Source: Thermoanaerobaculia bacterium
GTDB taxonomy: Bacteria; Acidobacteriota; Thermoanaerobaculia; Multivoradales; Multivoraceae
Direction of reading: 5' to 3'
DNA length: 64,000 nucleotides
NCBI GenBank assembly: GCA_963666565.1
Contig: OY762911.1
Span: forward strand, 32,001-96,000
Numbering within the stretch: position 1 is the first letter of the stretch; every line of letters begins with the position of its first letter. A program made the translations under genes and the position numbers. A model generated the notes under the pieces. The model saw only the letters and a list, made by a program, of their open reading frames with translations. It searched no databases and was not told where the DNA came from. Shown here in pieces: positions 26,622 through 36,416 of the stretch.

Positions 26622-29059
26622 GGCTGCGGGAGGCTGTAGCCGGAGGGTGGCTCCGCTCCGAGCAGGTGCCTGACGAAGTAGTCCCAGCGCCGGCGAATGA
26701 AGTACGGCTCCTGGGTATAGAAGTGATCGCGATTCGGCAGGAGCAGCAGGTCGAAGTCCCGGTTGGCGTCGATCAGCGCGTCGATCAGGGTGACCGTCGA
26801 GGCCGGCAGGCTGTTCTCGTCGTGCTCGCCGTAGACGATCAGCAGCTTGCCCTGGAGTCTCGACGCGAGCGCCGCGTGCGGGGTGAGATTGACCGGCCGG
26901 GCGGCGGCGTCCGGCGCGAACCGGCCGCCGTCCTCGTACTCCGGCCAGCCCGTCCACTTGACGAACGGCGGATAGAGGTAGCGGTAGTCGTACGGCCCCG
27001 CGGACGACACGGCGACCTTGTAGACGTCCGGGTAGCGGAGCATGGCGAGCGCCGAGGAGTAGCCGCCCCAGGAGTGGCCGGTGATGCCGATCCGCTCCAT
27101 GTCGAGCCACGCGAAACGCTCGCCGAGCTGCTCGAGCGCGGCGACGTGATCCTCGAGCGCGAACTCGTCGTGCTTCTTCCACATGACGTCGTGGAACGCC
27201 TTGGAGCGCCAGGGCGTGCCCCTCGCGTCGATCGTGACGACGGCGAACCCGAGGGCGGTGAAGGTCGAGATGTCGCCCTGCCCTCCGATCCGTTCGACCC
27301 CCGCCGCACTGGCGAAGCTGCGTGGGACGACGTTGGTTTGCGGCCCGCCGTAGATGTGCTCGATCACCGGGTACTTCCGGTCTTCCTCGAAGCTCTTCGG
27401 CCGCCAGAGCACGCCGTACAGGTCCGTCTCGCCGTCCGCCGCCTTGACCGAGAAGGGCAGCGGCGGCTTGTAGCCTCGGGCGAAGAGCTCGCCGGCGTCG
27501 GCCCGCTCCAGGGTTGCTACGACCGAGCCGTCGCTCCGGCGAAGCCGCGACACGGGAGGACTGTCGAGGGTCGACGAGTTCGAGACGAAGTAGCGTCCGC
27601 TCGGCGCGAACGTCGAGGCGGCGCCGATCAGGGCCGGGGCGGCGACGGTGACCGCGTGATCGGCCGGCTCGGGGGTCAGGAGCTCGACCTCGGCGTCGCC
27701 CTCGAGCGGCACCCGGTAGACATGCCGCCAGTACGGGTTCCGCCCCGGCTCGCGCCCGCCGGCCGTGAAGTAGACAAAGCCGCCGCCTTCGCTCTCGACG
27801 ACGGCCACGATGTCGTGGACCACCCATTCGCCGCGCGTGAGTTGCCGGACATCGCCGCCGCCTTCCAGGTCCACCACGTAGAGATGTCCCCAGCCGTCCC
27901 GCTGCGAGAAGGTGATCGCCTGCCCGCCGCCCGCCAGCACGCGGACGTTGGCGCCCATCGACCGGTAGAGGCTGTGATTCAGGTCGAGGAAAGAGCCCGC
28001 CTCCTCCTCGAAGACGGTCGCGGTGCGCCCGGAGGCGAGCTCGTACCGGACCAGATCGAAGCGGCTCGCGTCGGGAGCGAGGCAGAGGAAGAAGATCCGG
28101 CGCGAGTCGGGCGTCCAGATCGCCTGCGGCGGCGTGGCGCCCAGCTCTCCGAAACAGTCGTCGGGAAGCGGCACTTGGCGGCTCGCACCGCTGGCGACAT
28201 CGAAGACGAACATCGGGAACCGCGGGATCTCCCGGTCGCCGATCAGGGCGACCCGTTTCTCCAGCGTCCGCGGCCGGGCGCTGCCGTCGGCCGGCAGCAG
28301 GTCCAGGTAGGGGTACGCGCCGACCTTCCTCTCGTCCGTCCGGGAAATGAGCAGCTTCGCCGAGTCAGGCGACCACGAGGCGCCGGTCAACGGTCCTTCG
28401 AGGCCCTGCCGCAGAAGCTGGAGCTTCGCGCTCCAGCCCGGCAGCGCGCCGTAGCCGAAGTGCTCCTTGCCGTCCTGCGAGAGCCGCCGCTCGGCGCCGT
28501 CGTCCAGGTCGCGCAGCCAGACGTCGTGGCTTCGGGCGAAGGCGGCAACGGACCGGTCCGGCGCCGGGAGTTGAAGCGGATCGGTGACGAAGCCCGGCAG
28601 GGCCTCGCAGGTGTAGGTTTCCAGGTCGCAGCGGGCGGCCGAGGTCGCGGTCCGGACCACCGCGCCGCCCGCGCCACCGTCGAGTGCGAAGTCGAGGGAA
28701 ACGACGCCGAGGTCCAGCGGATCGTGCGCGATGTCGGTCGCCTCCGACAGCGCCTCGGCCAGGCGCTCCTGGTCGAATGCCGGGCGCTTCCCGCCCGTGG
28801 CGCCGTCGACGATCACGATCTCGGTGCCCCGGTCCGTGTCGCGCTCGTACCAGAACTCGTCGCGGTCGCCGATCCAGTGGGGGACGACTTCGACGTTCCT
28901 GACCGTGCCCTGGACGTTCCGGGAGAGCAGGCTGGCGGCTTGGTCGTAGGCGGCTCGGGTCACCCGATCCGGAGCGTGGGGCTCCTGTGCCGCGGCTGCG
29001 GGCGGAGCGGCCAGAAGAGGCAGCGCCCACATCAAGGTCGCCGCTGCGCGGCGTGTCAT
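26618..29059 (-). CDS. S9B dipeptidyl peptidase IV-like, secreted
   Basis: Signal peptide, YGGPQ, IDARG, GHSWGG, GEHDEN, H in PNRDH. Confidence 0.92.
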   Translation of the reverse strand: MTRRAAATLMWALPLLAAPPAAAAQEPHAPDRVTRAAYDQAASLLSRNVQGTVRNVEVVPHWIGDRDEFWYERDTDRGTEIVIVDGATGGKRPAFDQERLAEALSEATDIAHDPLDLGVVSLDFALDGGAGGAVVRTATSAARCDLETYTCEALPGFVTDPLQLPAPDRSVAAFARSHDVWLRDLDDGAERRLSQDGKEHFGYGALPGWSAKLQLLRQGLEGPLTGASWSPDSAKLLISRTDERKVGAYPYLDLLPADGSARPRTLEKRVALIGDREIPRFPMFVFDVASGASRQVPLPDDCFGELGATPPQAIWTPDSRRIFFLCLAPDASRFDLVRYELASGRTATVFEEEAGSFLDLNHSLYRSMGANVRVLAGGGQAITFSQRDGWGHLYVVDLEGGGDVRQLTRGEWVVHDIVAVVESEGGGFVYFTAGGREPGRNPYWRHVYRVPLEGDAEVELLTPEPADHAVTVAAPALIGAASTFAPSGRYFVSNSSTLDSPPVSRLRRSDGSVVATLERADAGELFARGYKPPLPFSVKAADGETDLYGVLWRPKSFEEDRKYPVIEHIYGGPQTNVVPRSFASAAGVERIGGQGDISTFTALGFAVVTIDARGTPWRSKAFHDVMWKKHDEFALEDHVAALEQLGERFAWLDMERIGITGHSWGGYSSALAMLRYPDVYKVAVSSAGPYDYRYLYPPFVKWTGWPEYEDGGRFAPDAAARPVNLTPHAALASRLQGKLLIVYGEHDENSLPASTVTLIDALIDANRDFDLLLLPNRDHFYTQEPYFIRRRWDYFVRHLLGAEPPSGYSLPQP

Positions 29060-29190
29060 TTCCGGAAGCCGGCGGGAACCCGGGTGGCGCGATCCCGCGC
29101 CACCCGTGACCCGGTCCGTGCGCCCGTCAGCGGGCGCACGGACGACACGCCGACGCACCCAGTGTGTGACGCTCAACTTGCCGGCCACGA

Positions 29191-30651
29191 TCAGCCGCTA
29201 CGGCGCATCGCGAAGACGCCATTCAGGTAGTGCGTGGCGCGGCCGTTGCCGTCGTCTCCCCAGAACGCCACGTCCCAGCCGCGGTTGCCGCCCATCGCCG
29301 GGTCGCGCGGCAGGAACCGGTCGCTTCCGAGCGGAATCAGCTCCGACTTGAGCACGCCGCCGCCCAGCGACCGCGCCATCAGCCGGTCGCCGTCGGCGAA
29401 GAACGAGAAGCGACTGCCCACCGCCTCGAACTGCCCGACGTAGCGCTCGAGGTCGACCTTCACCGGCGTCACGGAGTCCGGCGTGGGGGTTTCCGGCTTG
29501 TCGATGCCGAAGACCTCCGGGAAGAGGGTGTCGAAGACCCGGTCGGCGAGCGGGTAACCCTGGCTCGGCACGTTCGAGATCGTCGCCGCGGCGACGCCCT
29601 TGCTCGGGCACCAGAGCAGCAGGGACGAGCCGCCGCTGTTCGTGCCGCTGTGGCCGTAGATCACCTCACCGCCCCAGCGCTTCCAGTAGGGCCCGGGGCA
29701 CCACTTCTGGGCGATGACCCGGGCCGGCATGTCGATCTCGGGCGTGTGCATCGCCTCGACGGCCTCCCCGGAGAGCACCTGCCGGCCCTCGGCCGACTGT
29801 CCACCGCGCAGGAACAGGGCCGCGAACCGCACCAGGTCGCCGGCGCTGCAGCACAGGGTCGCACCCGCCGGCGCCATGCTGCGCGGCAGACCCCAGAACG
29901 GCACCCGCCGGCCTTCGGGAGTGGCCGGCGTCTGCGAGTAGCCGAGGGCCACCGGATGGTAGAGCAGGTCCTCCGGGAAGTTCGCGGAGTGCTCGAGCCC
30001 GAGCGGCTCGAGGATCCGTTCGGCGAGCAGGGTCTCCCAGTTCTTCCCCATCACCCGCTGGGCCGCGAGCCCGGCTACGCAGGTGCCCGCGTTCGAGTAG
30101 CCATACGCCGTGCCGGGCTCGAAGATCCCGGGAATCCCGGCAAGTGAAGCGACGTACCGGCCGAGGGCGTCGTCGCCGCGCCCATGATCCGTGTACGGTC
30201 CGTTGTCGAGTCCCGACGACATCGAGAGCAGTTGACGGAGCGTCATGTCCACCGGCGGCTGGTCGCTCGTCAGTGGCGCGCCGTCGAGGTAGCTCCCGAC
30301 GGGTTCGTCGAGGTCGAGCGTTCCCTCATCGACCAGCGCCAACACCACGGCGGCGTTGAAGACCTTCGTCGTCGATCCGATCTGGAACAGCGTGTCGGGC
30401 GCGACCGCCAGGTCGCGTTCACGGACCGCGAGGCCGGTCGCGACCTCGTGGACCGCCTCGCCGTCGAACACCGCGAGCTGGGCGCCGACGATGCCGAGGC
30501 TGCGAGCGGACTCGTCGAGGAGCTGCTGGAGGACGGCCGGGTCGACCGCGACCTCCGGCGCGGCCGCGACCAGTCCGAAACCCCGCGCCTGCGAGACGAT
30601 CGGCATTGCCGCGACGGCCGCGCCGGCTTTCAGGAAAGAGCGTCGGTTCAT
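29191..30651 (-). CDS. Serine hydrolase (beta-lactamase/class C-like), Tat-exported
   Basis: NRRSFLK, FQIGSTTK, YGYSN, GHSG. Confidence 0.9.
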   Translation of the reverse strand: MNRRSFLKAGAAVAAMPIVSQARGFGLVAAAPEVAVDPAVLQQLLDESARSLGIVGAQLAVFDGEAVHEVATGLAVRERDLAVAPDTLFQIGSTTKVFNAAVVLALVDEGTLDLDEPVGSYLDGAPLTSDQPPVDMTLRQLLSMSSGLDNGPYTDHGRGDDALGRYVASLAGIPGIFEPGTAYGYSNAGTCVAGLAAQRVMGKNWETLLAERILEPLGLEHSANFPEDLLYHPVALGYSQTPATPEGRRVPFWGLPRSMAPAGATLCCSAGDLVRFAALFLRGGQSAEGRQVLSGEAVEAMHTPEIDMPARVIAQKWCPGPYWKRWGGEVIYGHSGTNSGGSSLLLWCPSKGVAAATISNVPSQGYPLADRVFDTLFPEVFGIDKPETPTPDSVTPVKVDLERYVGQFEAVGSRFSFFADGDRLMARSLGGGVLKSELIPLGSDRFLPRDPAMGGNRGWDVAFWGDDGNGRATHYLNGVFAMRRSG

Positions 30652-30655
30652 CGGG

Positions 30656-31405
30656 TCAACCCCTGCCCATGAAAGGCATCTGGTTCGCCATCACCGTCAG
30701 GAAAGGCACGTTCGCGTCGAGCAAAAGCGCCGCCATGTAGCGCACCGCGTCGACGACGGCGCGCACGTCGATCGTGGGTTCCGGCTTCGTGGAGCCGTCG
30801 GGCTGGGCCGCGCCCTCGGACATCCGGGCGGTCATTCGCGTCAGGGCGTTGCCGATGTCGATCTGTCCGCAGGCGATGTTGAATCTCCGGCCGTCCAGCG
30901 AGGTCGACCGCGTGAGCCCGGTGATCGCGTGCTTCGTCGCGGTGTAGGGGGCGGAGTTGGGGCGCGGCACGTGTGCCGAGATGGAACCGTTGTTGATGAT
31001 GCGTCCGCCCTGGGGGTCCTGTTCCTTCATCAGCCTGACGGCCCGTTGCGTGCAGAGAAAGGCGCCGGTCAGGTTGACCCCGACCACCCGGTTCCACTGT
31101 TCGAGCGTCAGGTCTTCGATCGGCACGGGCGGCGCGCCGGTGCCGGCGTTGTTGAACAGCAGGTCCAGTCGGCCGAACGCGCTCGCCAGGCGGTCGAACA
31201 CCGCCTGGACGCCCTCCACGGTGCCGATGTCCGCGGCTACTGTCGAGACCGTCCCGGGATCACGCGCGCCGCTCTTCGTTTCGACCAGCCGATCTTCACG
31301 GCGGCCCGCGATGAGCACGTGGTAGCCGTCCTCGACCAATCCGTGCGTGACGGCCCGCCCGATTCCGCTGCCGCCGCCGGTGACGATCGCGACTTTCTCC
31401 GCCAA
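30656..31405 (-). CDS. SDR family oxidoreductase
   Basis: [21 protein letters not shown]. Confidence 0.93.
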   Translation of the reverse strand: MAEKVAIVTGGGSGIGRAVTHGLVEDGYHVLIAGRREDRLVETKSGARDPGTVSTVAADIGTVEGVQAVFDRLASAFGRLDLLFNNAGTGAPPVPIEDLTLEQWNRVVGVNLTGAFLCTQRAVRLMKEQDPQGGRIINNGSISAHVPRPNSAPYTATKHAITGLTRSTSLDGRRFNIACGQIDIGNALTRMTARMSEGAAQPDGSTKPEPTIDVRAVVDAVRYMAALLLDANVPFLTVMANQMPFMGRG

Positions 31406-31541
31406 GCCCGTGCTCCCCGTTCCGCGAACGCAGCATACTACGCTCGGTCAGAGGAGAGGACGACGGTCAGGCGTCGCCCGTTGTAGGCTGGCTCGACGCC
31501 GCCTCGCCCGAACTGGTCATCGACCTTTAGAAACGAAAACA

Positions 31542-32202
31542 ATGTTACCCCCCCCCCCCCCCGGAAAACTCCAAATCCCAAAAGTCTGCCGCCATTCTCG
31601 GCGGTCTGGTGGGCGCGCTCGTCAATGAGGACCTTGTCGGCCTGATCTGTCTCGACCGCCGAGGCTGCATCGTCGAAGCGAACGAGCGCGGGCGGGAGGT
31701 ACTGCGCCAGGAGGGCGGATTGCGAGCCTCCCTGGCCAACGACGCCAGAGGGCGACTCACTTCCCACCTGCCCGAGGAAGCCGAGGCCATCGAGCGTCTG
31801 CTCGAAGCCGCGCTCGGCCGGCACGCCCGCGGGAGACCGGGCGCATCGCTGGTCCTCGGCGAGTCGGACAACCGGCCGAGCCTGGCGCTTCACTGCCACG
31901 CGGTAATCGGCGGTCCGCACGGTGCCTCCGGCGTTGGCGCCATCATGGCGATCGTCCCGGTCCGGCTTCCGGTGAGCGCCGTGGCAGTCCGCCGGGCGCT
32001 CGGACTGACGCCCGCCGAGAGCCGCGTCGCGGCGGCGCTGGCCGAGGGGAAGACCGTGGCCGAGATCGCCCGTGCCGCGAAGGTCCGGCGCGACACGGTC
32101 CACTGGCACCTGAAGCAGTGCTACAGCAGAACGGACTGCCGAACGCAGGCGGAGTTCGTGAGCCTGGTTCTCTCCGTCCTTCGGCTGCCAATCCGGGTCT
32201 AG
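31542..32202 (+). CDS. PAS-like plus LuxR-type HTH regulator; ATG 31542 is out of frame through a C15 tract (in-frame GTG at 31609)
   Basis: GLTPAESRVAAALAEGKTVAEIA...TVHWHLKQCYSRTDCRTQAEFV. Confidence 0.8.
31548..31562 (+). repeat. Poly-C homopolymer (C15)
   Basis: ATGTTA-C15-GGAAAAC. Confidence 0.95.
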
Positions 32203-32410
32203 GCTGCTTGGCGAGACCCCCGTGAGTCCACGGTAACGGGCCGACTCGGAAGATCAGGCACAGATCTTCCGAGCCCTACCGATTTCGGTAGTGACACGCG
32301 GCATCTCATACCACTAGCGTGTCTTGGTCACCGGCTGATGAGTCGTTGGGGGCGGTTCCGACATCCCCGTTGGCTCCGCATCCCCGCTCACCGAGAAGAG
32401 GAGGACGTGT

Positions 32411-32947
32411 GTGAAGGCACTGACGCCACTTGCCGAGACGATGGTCACGGAGCAGGGCAGAGGTCTCGTCGCCCTGGTGCTGTGCCCCATTCTGCTAGCG
32501 GGATGCGCCGGCGCCGGGCTGCAGAGCAGCGGGCTCGCGGGGCCATCGTGGCAGCAGCGGGAGGCGCTCCACCTCCAGGAGGGAACCAACCATCCGCGTA
32601 GGGCTCAGCCTCCCGAAGAGCGCCGCTGGCAACGGCAAGTCGAGGATGCAGTCGTCAGTAGACCCGTGCTCCTCGCGCCAGCTGCGAGTAACTACTACTA
32701 CTGCAGAGTGCAGTACTACTGCACTGACGGCTTCGATGTCACCGAAGGTTGGGGGTCGGCGTGGCAGCCCGCCGCGGACTATCAGCACAACGCGGTCTGC
32801 GAAGCTGCCCAGCAACGAGCCGTTGACGCCGGGGAGAGAAACTGCAGCGACGGCAGCGTCACGTTCGGCGGGACAGGGCCGCACGCCCGAGAGCTGCCGC
32901 TAGCTGAGGACTGTGACTGCGGCCTGGTAGACGAGCCGCCCCAGTAA
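32411..32947 (+). CDS. Cys-rich putative lipoprotein
   Basis: GAGGAGG RBS, LLAGC lipobox, six Cys in the C-terminal half. Confidence 0.6.
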   Translation: MKALTPLAETMVTEQGRGLVALVLCPILLAGCAGAGLQSSGLAGPSWQQREALHLQEGTNHPRRAQPPEERRWQRQVEDAVVSRPVLLAPAASNYYYCRVQYYCTDGFDVTEGWGSAWQPAADYQHNAVCEAAQQRAVDAGERNCSDGSVTFGGTGPHARELPLAEDCDCGLVDEPPQ

Positions 32948-34150
32948 GTGGAGCCAGCATGAAACTCAGTAGAGGTCTCTTGAAACGGTCCGATCACCTG
33001 CGTTGATCAAAGGACAGGAGAGATAGCCATGCCACCCCGCACACGCGCCGCAGACGCCCTCGCTGCCGACTTCGAGGATGTGCATAAAGAGATAACCGAC
33101 GCACGCACGGATCTGGCTGCGGTTAGTGGCAGGGTGGAGGATGTGAGCGAAAGCGTGGCCGACGTGAGGCTGAATGTCGAGCGCGTCCGCACCGAGAACG
33201 CCGAAGCGCGCGCAGCGCTCGCCCTTGCCCTGGAGCAGGGGCGTTCCGAGACCGCACTTGCCATCGAGCGCTCCCGGTCTGAGACCGCCGTCGCCCTCGA
33301 GCAGGGACGCAGCGAGACTACCTCGATGGAGAACCGGTTGATTCGCTGGATAGTCGGCACAGTTCTCGTCGGTCTCGGCCTTCTCTTCTCGGTGCTGTTC
33401 GGCGTCCTCGCCGCAAACCGCGCCGAGGCACAGGAGCCTCCCCAGGCCTTCACGCCAGACCCCGTCGGATCGTGCGAGGGGAAGGAGCCCGGAGCCTCCT
33501 GCTGGATGGAGATAGAGGATAGCCCGGGCTGCTACATGTGGAATCCGAATCTCGCCACGGGCGAGACAGTGACTTGGTCCGGTGAGTGTTCCGGCGGGCT
33601 GGCGCAAGGTACGGGCTCACAGCAGTGGAGCCACCCGGACAACGAAGGTAACCCGCTCCTGAGCGGCGGCGAAGGAGAGCTTCGGGACGGCAAGGCCCAT
33701 GGCCCGTGGAGCCGGTACTTCAGCGACGGCGGCATGGCCGAGGGCAGCTACGAGCATGGCAGGCCAGCTGGTCCTTGGACCAATGTCCTTCCCGACGGGA
33801 CCATCTTCGAGGGCGAGTGGGTCAATGGCCAACGGCGAGGCAAATGGACGCTCACCTACGGCGATGACGTAGGTGGCGGCTTCTACGCTGCTGGCAAGCA
33901 GCACGGACGGTGGAGACTACTGTTTGCCGCGAGCGACGACGAGACCGTCAGGGTTACGGCGGAAGGGACCTTCGTGGCCGGCAATCGCAACGGACTCTGG
34001 GTCACGCGATTCGACTCGGGCACCGTCCTGGAAAGGACCTACCGGAGTGGCGTCCTGAACGGCCCTTCAACCTCCCCCTCTCTGCCAACGTACGTGACAC
34101 AGCGGGCATCCCGTTGAATAGTGGAGGGCACACGTTGGCAAGGAGGATCG

Positions 34151-34636
34151 ATGGCGAGACGAGAGCAGAGACGTTGGGGTGGCCCGGAGCTCCCGGCCCC
34201 GGGGGGTGAGGAGCGGAGCGACGAGGCCCCCGGGGCCGGCGCGTCGCCCGCGGGGGGTGTTCCCGACCCGGAGGTCGTGGCGAAGCCGACCAGACGGCAG
34301 TTCACGGCGGAGTACCGTCTGCGGATTCTGGAGGAGGCGGACCGATGCACGGATCGCGGCGAAGTGGGCCGGCTGCTTCGGCGAGAGGGTCTGTACAGCT
34401 CGCACTTGGCCAACTGGCGCAAGGCGCGGCGCGAGGGCGCGCTTTCCGGTCTGCGGCGGAAGAAGCGGGGCCGCAAGCCGACCGAGGCCAACCCTCTGGC
34501 GCCGAAGGTGAAGCGGCTGGAGGCCAAGGTGAAGCGGCTGGAGAGGGAGCTCGCCGCCGCCCACACGATCCTGGACGTGCAGGGAAAAGTTGCAGGGCTG
34601 CTGGGATTCAGCCTCGAAGACGGGAAGGACTGCTGA
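34151..34636 (+). CDS. IS3 transposase OrfA
   Basis: RRQFTAEYRLRIL, LLRREGLYSSHLANWR; AGGAGG RBS; GGGAAAA slippery site near 34582. Confidence 0.9.
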   Translation: MARREQRRWGGPELPAPGGEERSDEAPGAGASPAGGVPDPEVVAKPTRRQFTAEYRLRILEEADRCTDRGEVGRLLRREGLYSSHLANWRKARREGALSGLRRKKRGRKPTEANPLAPKVKRLEAKVKRLERELAAAHTILDVQGKVAGLLGFSLEDGKDC

Positions 34637-35634
34637 TGGCGGCCCGGTCCCTGGCAAGCAAGGTCGGCGTCGCGCCGGCGTGCCGGGCGCTGGGCGTGTC
34701 GCGATCGACGTTCTACCGTAGGGCGAGGCCCGCTCCCGGGCGCCAGCTGCCCCGACCCGCGCCCGCCCGGGCGCTGAGCGAGATCGAGCGGGAGCGGGTC
34801 CAGGCGACGCTCGCGTCTCCCCGGTTCGTGGATCGCTCGCCGGCGGAGGTGGTGGCGACGCTGCTGGACGAGGGCCGGTACCTGTGCTCGGAACGCACCA
34901 TGTACCGCATCCTGGGCGCGAACGGGGAGGTGAAGGACCGTCGCAACCAGCGGGTCCACCCGCCCTACGCCAAGCCGGAGTTGGTCGCCACCGCGCCCAA
35001 CCAGGTGTGGTCGTGGGACATCACCAGGCTGCTCGGCCCGCGGCCCTGGAGCTACTACTACCTCTACGTCCTGCTCGACCTTTTCAGCCGCTACGCGGTC
35101 GGCTGGATGGTTGCCGACCGCGAGAATGCCGCGCTCGCCCAGAGGCTCATCGAGGAGACCTGCCTCAAGCACGGCGTGAAACCCTCGGTGCTCACCCTGC
35201 ACTCCGACCGGGGCGCGCCCATGACCAGCCAGGGTACCGCCCAACTGCTCGCCCGCCTCGGCGTGAACCGATCCCTGGGCCGACCTCGCGTCAGCGACGA
35301 CAACCCCTTCTCCGAAGCCCAGTTCAAGACCCTGAAGTACCACCCCGGCTTTCCCGACCGCTTCCCCGACCAGGACGCGGCGACCGGCTACTGCAGGTCC
35401 TTCTTCCCCTGGTACAACACCGAGCACCGGCATGCCGGCATCGCCATGCTGACTCCGGAGACCGTCCACTACGGCCGGGCGCAAGCCGCGATCGAACAGC
35501 GCCAGCGAGCGCTGAGCGCCGCCTGGAGACGCCACCCGGAACGATTCGTCGGCGGCGAGCCGATGCACCAACCCCTGCCTCAGGCCGTCTGGATCAACAA
35601 GCCGAGCCCCGAAGCATCGGAGATGGCTCAGTAA
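34636..35634 (+). CDS. IS3 transposase OrfB (DDE integrase core)
   Basis: PNQVWSWDIT, LHSDRG, DNPFSEAQFKTLK, WYNTEHRH. Confidence 0.93.
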   Translation: MAARSLASKVGVAPACRALGVSRSTFYRRARPAPGRQLPRPAPARALSEIERERVQATLASPRFVDRSPAEVVATLLDEGRYLCSERTMYRILGANGEVKDRRNQRVHPPYAKPELVATAPNQVWSWDITRLLGPRPWSYYYLYVLLDLFSRYAVGWMVADRENAALAQRLIEETCLKHGVKPSVLTLHSDRGAPMTSQGTAQLLARLGVNRSLGRPRVSDDNPFSEAQFKTLKYHPGFPDRFPDQDAATGYCRSFFPWYNTEHRHAGIAMLTPETVHYGRAQAAIEQRQRALSAAWRRHPERFVGGEPMHQPLPQAVWINKPSPEASEMAQ

Positions 35635-36416
35635 ATCCGAGAAGCCCCTGTGTCAAACTCGTTGACAGGTTCCGTCCCGCTACGCCAACGGCAGCGAGAA
35701 CGAAGGCCCCTACGAGAACGGCAGGAAGCACGGACGCTGGATCGAGCGCGACCCGGATGGCGACGTGTCCGAAGGTTCCTACGCCGCGGGGAAACGCGAC
35801 GAACTGTGGGTCACGCGATTCGACTCAGGCGGTGCGTACGAACGGACTTTCCGAGACGGCGTTCTGGACGACTCAAGCATCCACTACACCGGCGGCGATG
35901 ACGATGAAACAGGACAATGTTCCGGAAGCGAACGTCGGCGTACCGCCATCGGGACCTACGTAAAGCCGCCCCCTGGCTATGGATCGCTTCCCGGTGACCC
36001 GCCTGCCGCGTCCCGCGCCTGCCACGAGGCATGGAACGAAGAGACTCTTCGGAATGCCGAGTGCAGAGATGGCAAAGGGAACGCGTTCTTTGTTGGCGCA
36101 GGGGGCCTCTTTCCTCCCTCCCAATGCCATCTGCACATCTACGGTCCGACGGGAACGAAACCGCACCTGTACACAATTGACAACGTCTGTGGTGCAATGG
36201 CATGCGAAACCCGCAAGGTCTGGAACGACATTGACGAGGTGTACGAAGACGAAGCCACATGTAAACTCGAGTGGGCTTGTTTAAGCGGCCATCAGTGAGG
36301 ACGGTCGCTGATCATGTGGTGCGGTGATCCGGTCTGCCGCAACGGGACCGACCAAGGACCCGACGGCCGCCGCCCATCCGACTGCTCCAGTCGAGGCACG
36401 AGAAAAGGAAACCAAC

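Larger units (their letters stand above)
34076..35674 (+). mobile_element. IS3-family insertion sequence, 1599 bp, with 3-bp target duplication TCC
   Basis: 27-bp imperfect IRs CCCTCTCTGCCAACGTACGTGACACAG / CTGTGTCAAACTCGTTGACAGGTTCCG; TCC at 34073-34075 and 35675-35677. Confidence 0.9.
33029..36298 (+). pseudogene. Coiled-coil/TM/MORN-like-repeat secreted protein interrupted by IS3 (about 555 aa when rejoined)
   Basis: 33029-34075 joined to 35678-36298 reads in frame: ...LNGPSTS|RYANGSENEGPYENGRKHGRW...; repeated EGxYxxGxxxGxW. Confidence 0.85.

Noticed and set aside
25365-29059. RiPP biosynthetic cluster (P450 plus peptidase)
   Set aside because: No credible precursor ORF next to the P450, and the peptidase is an exported DPP IV type.
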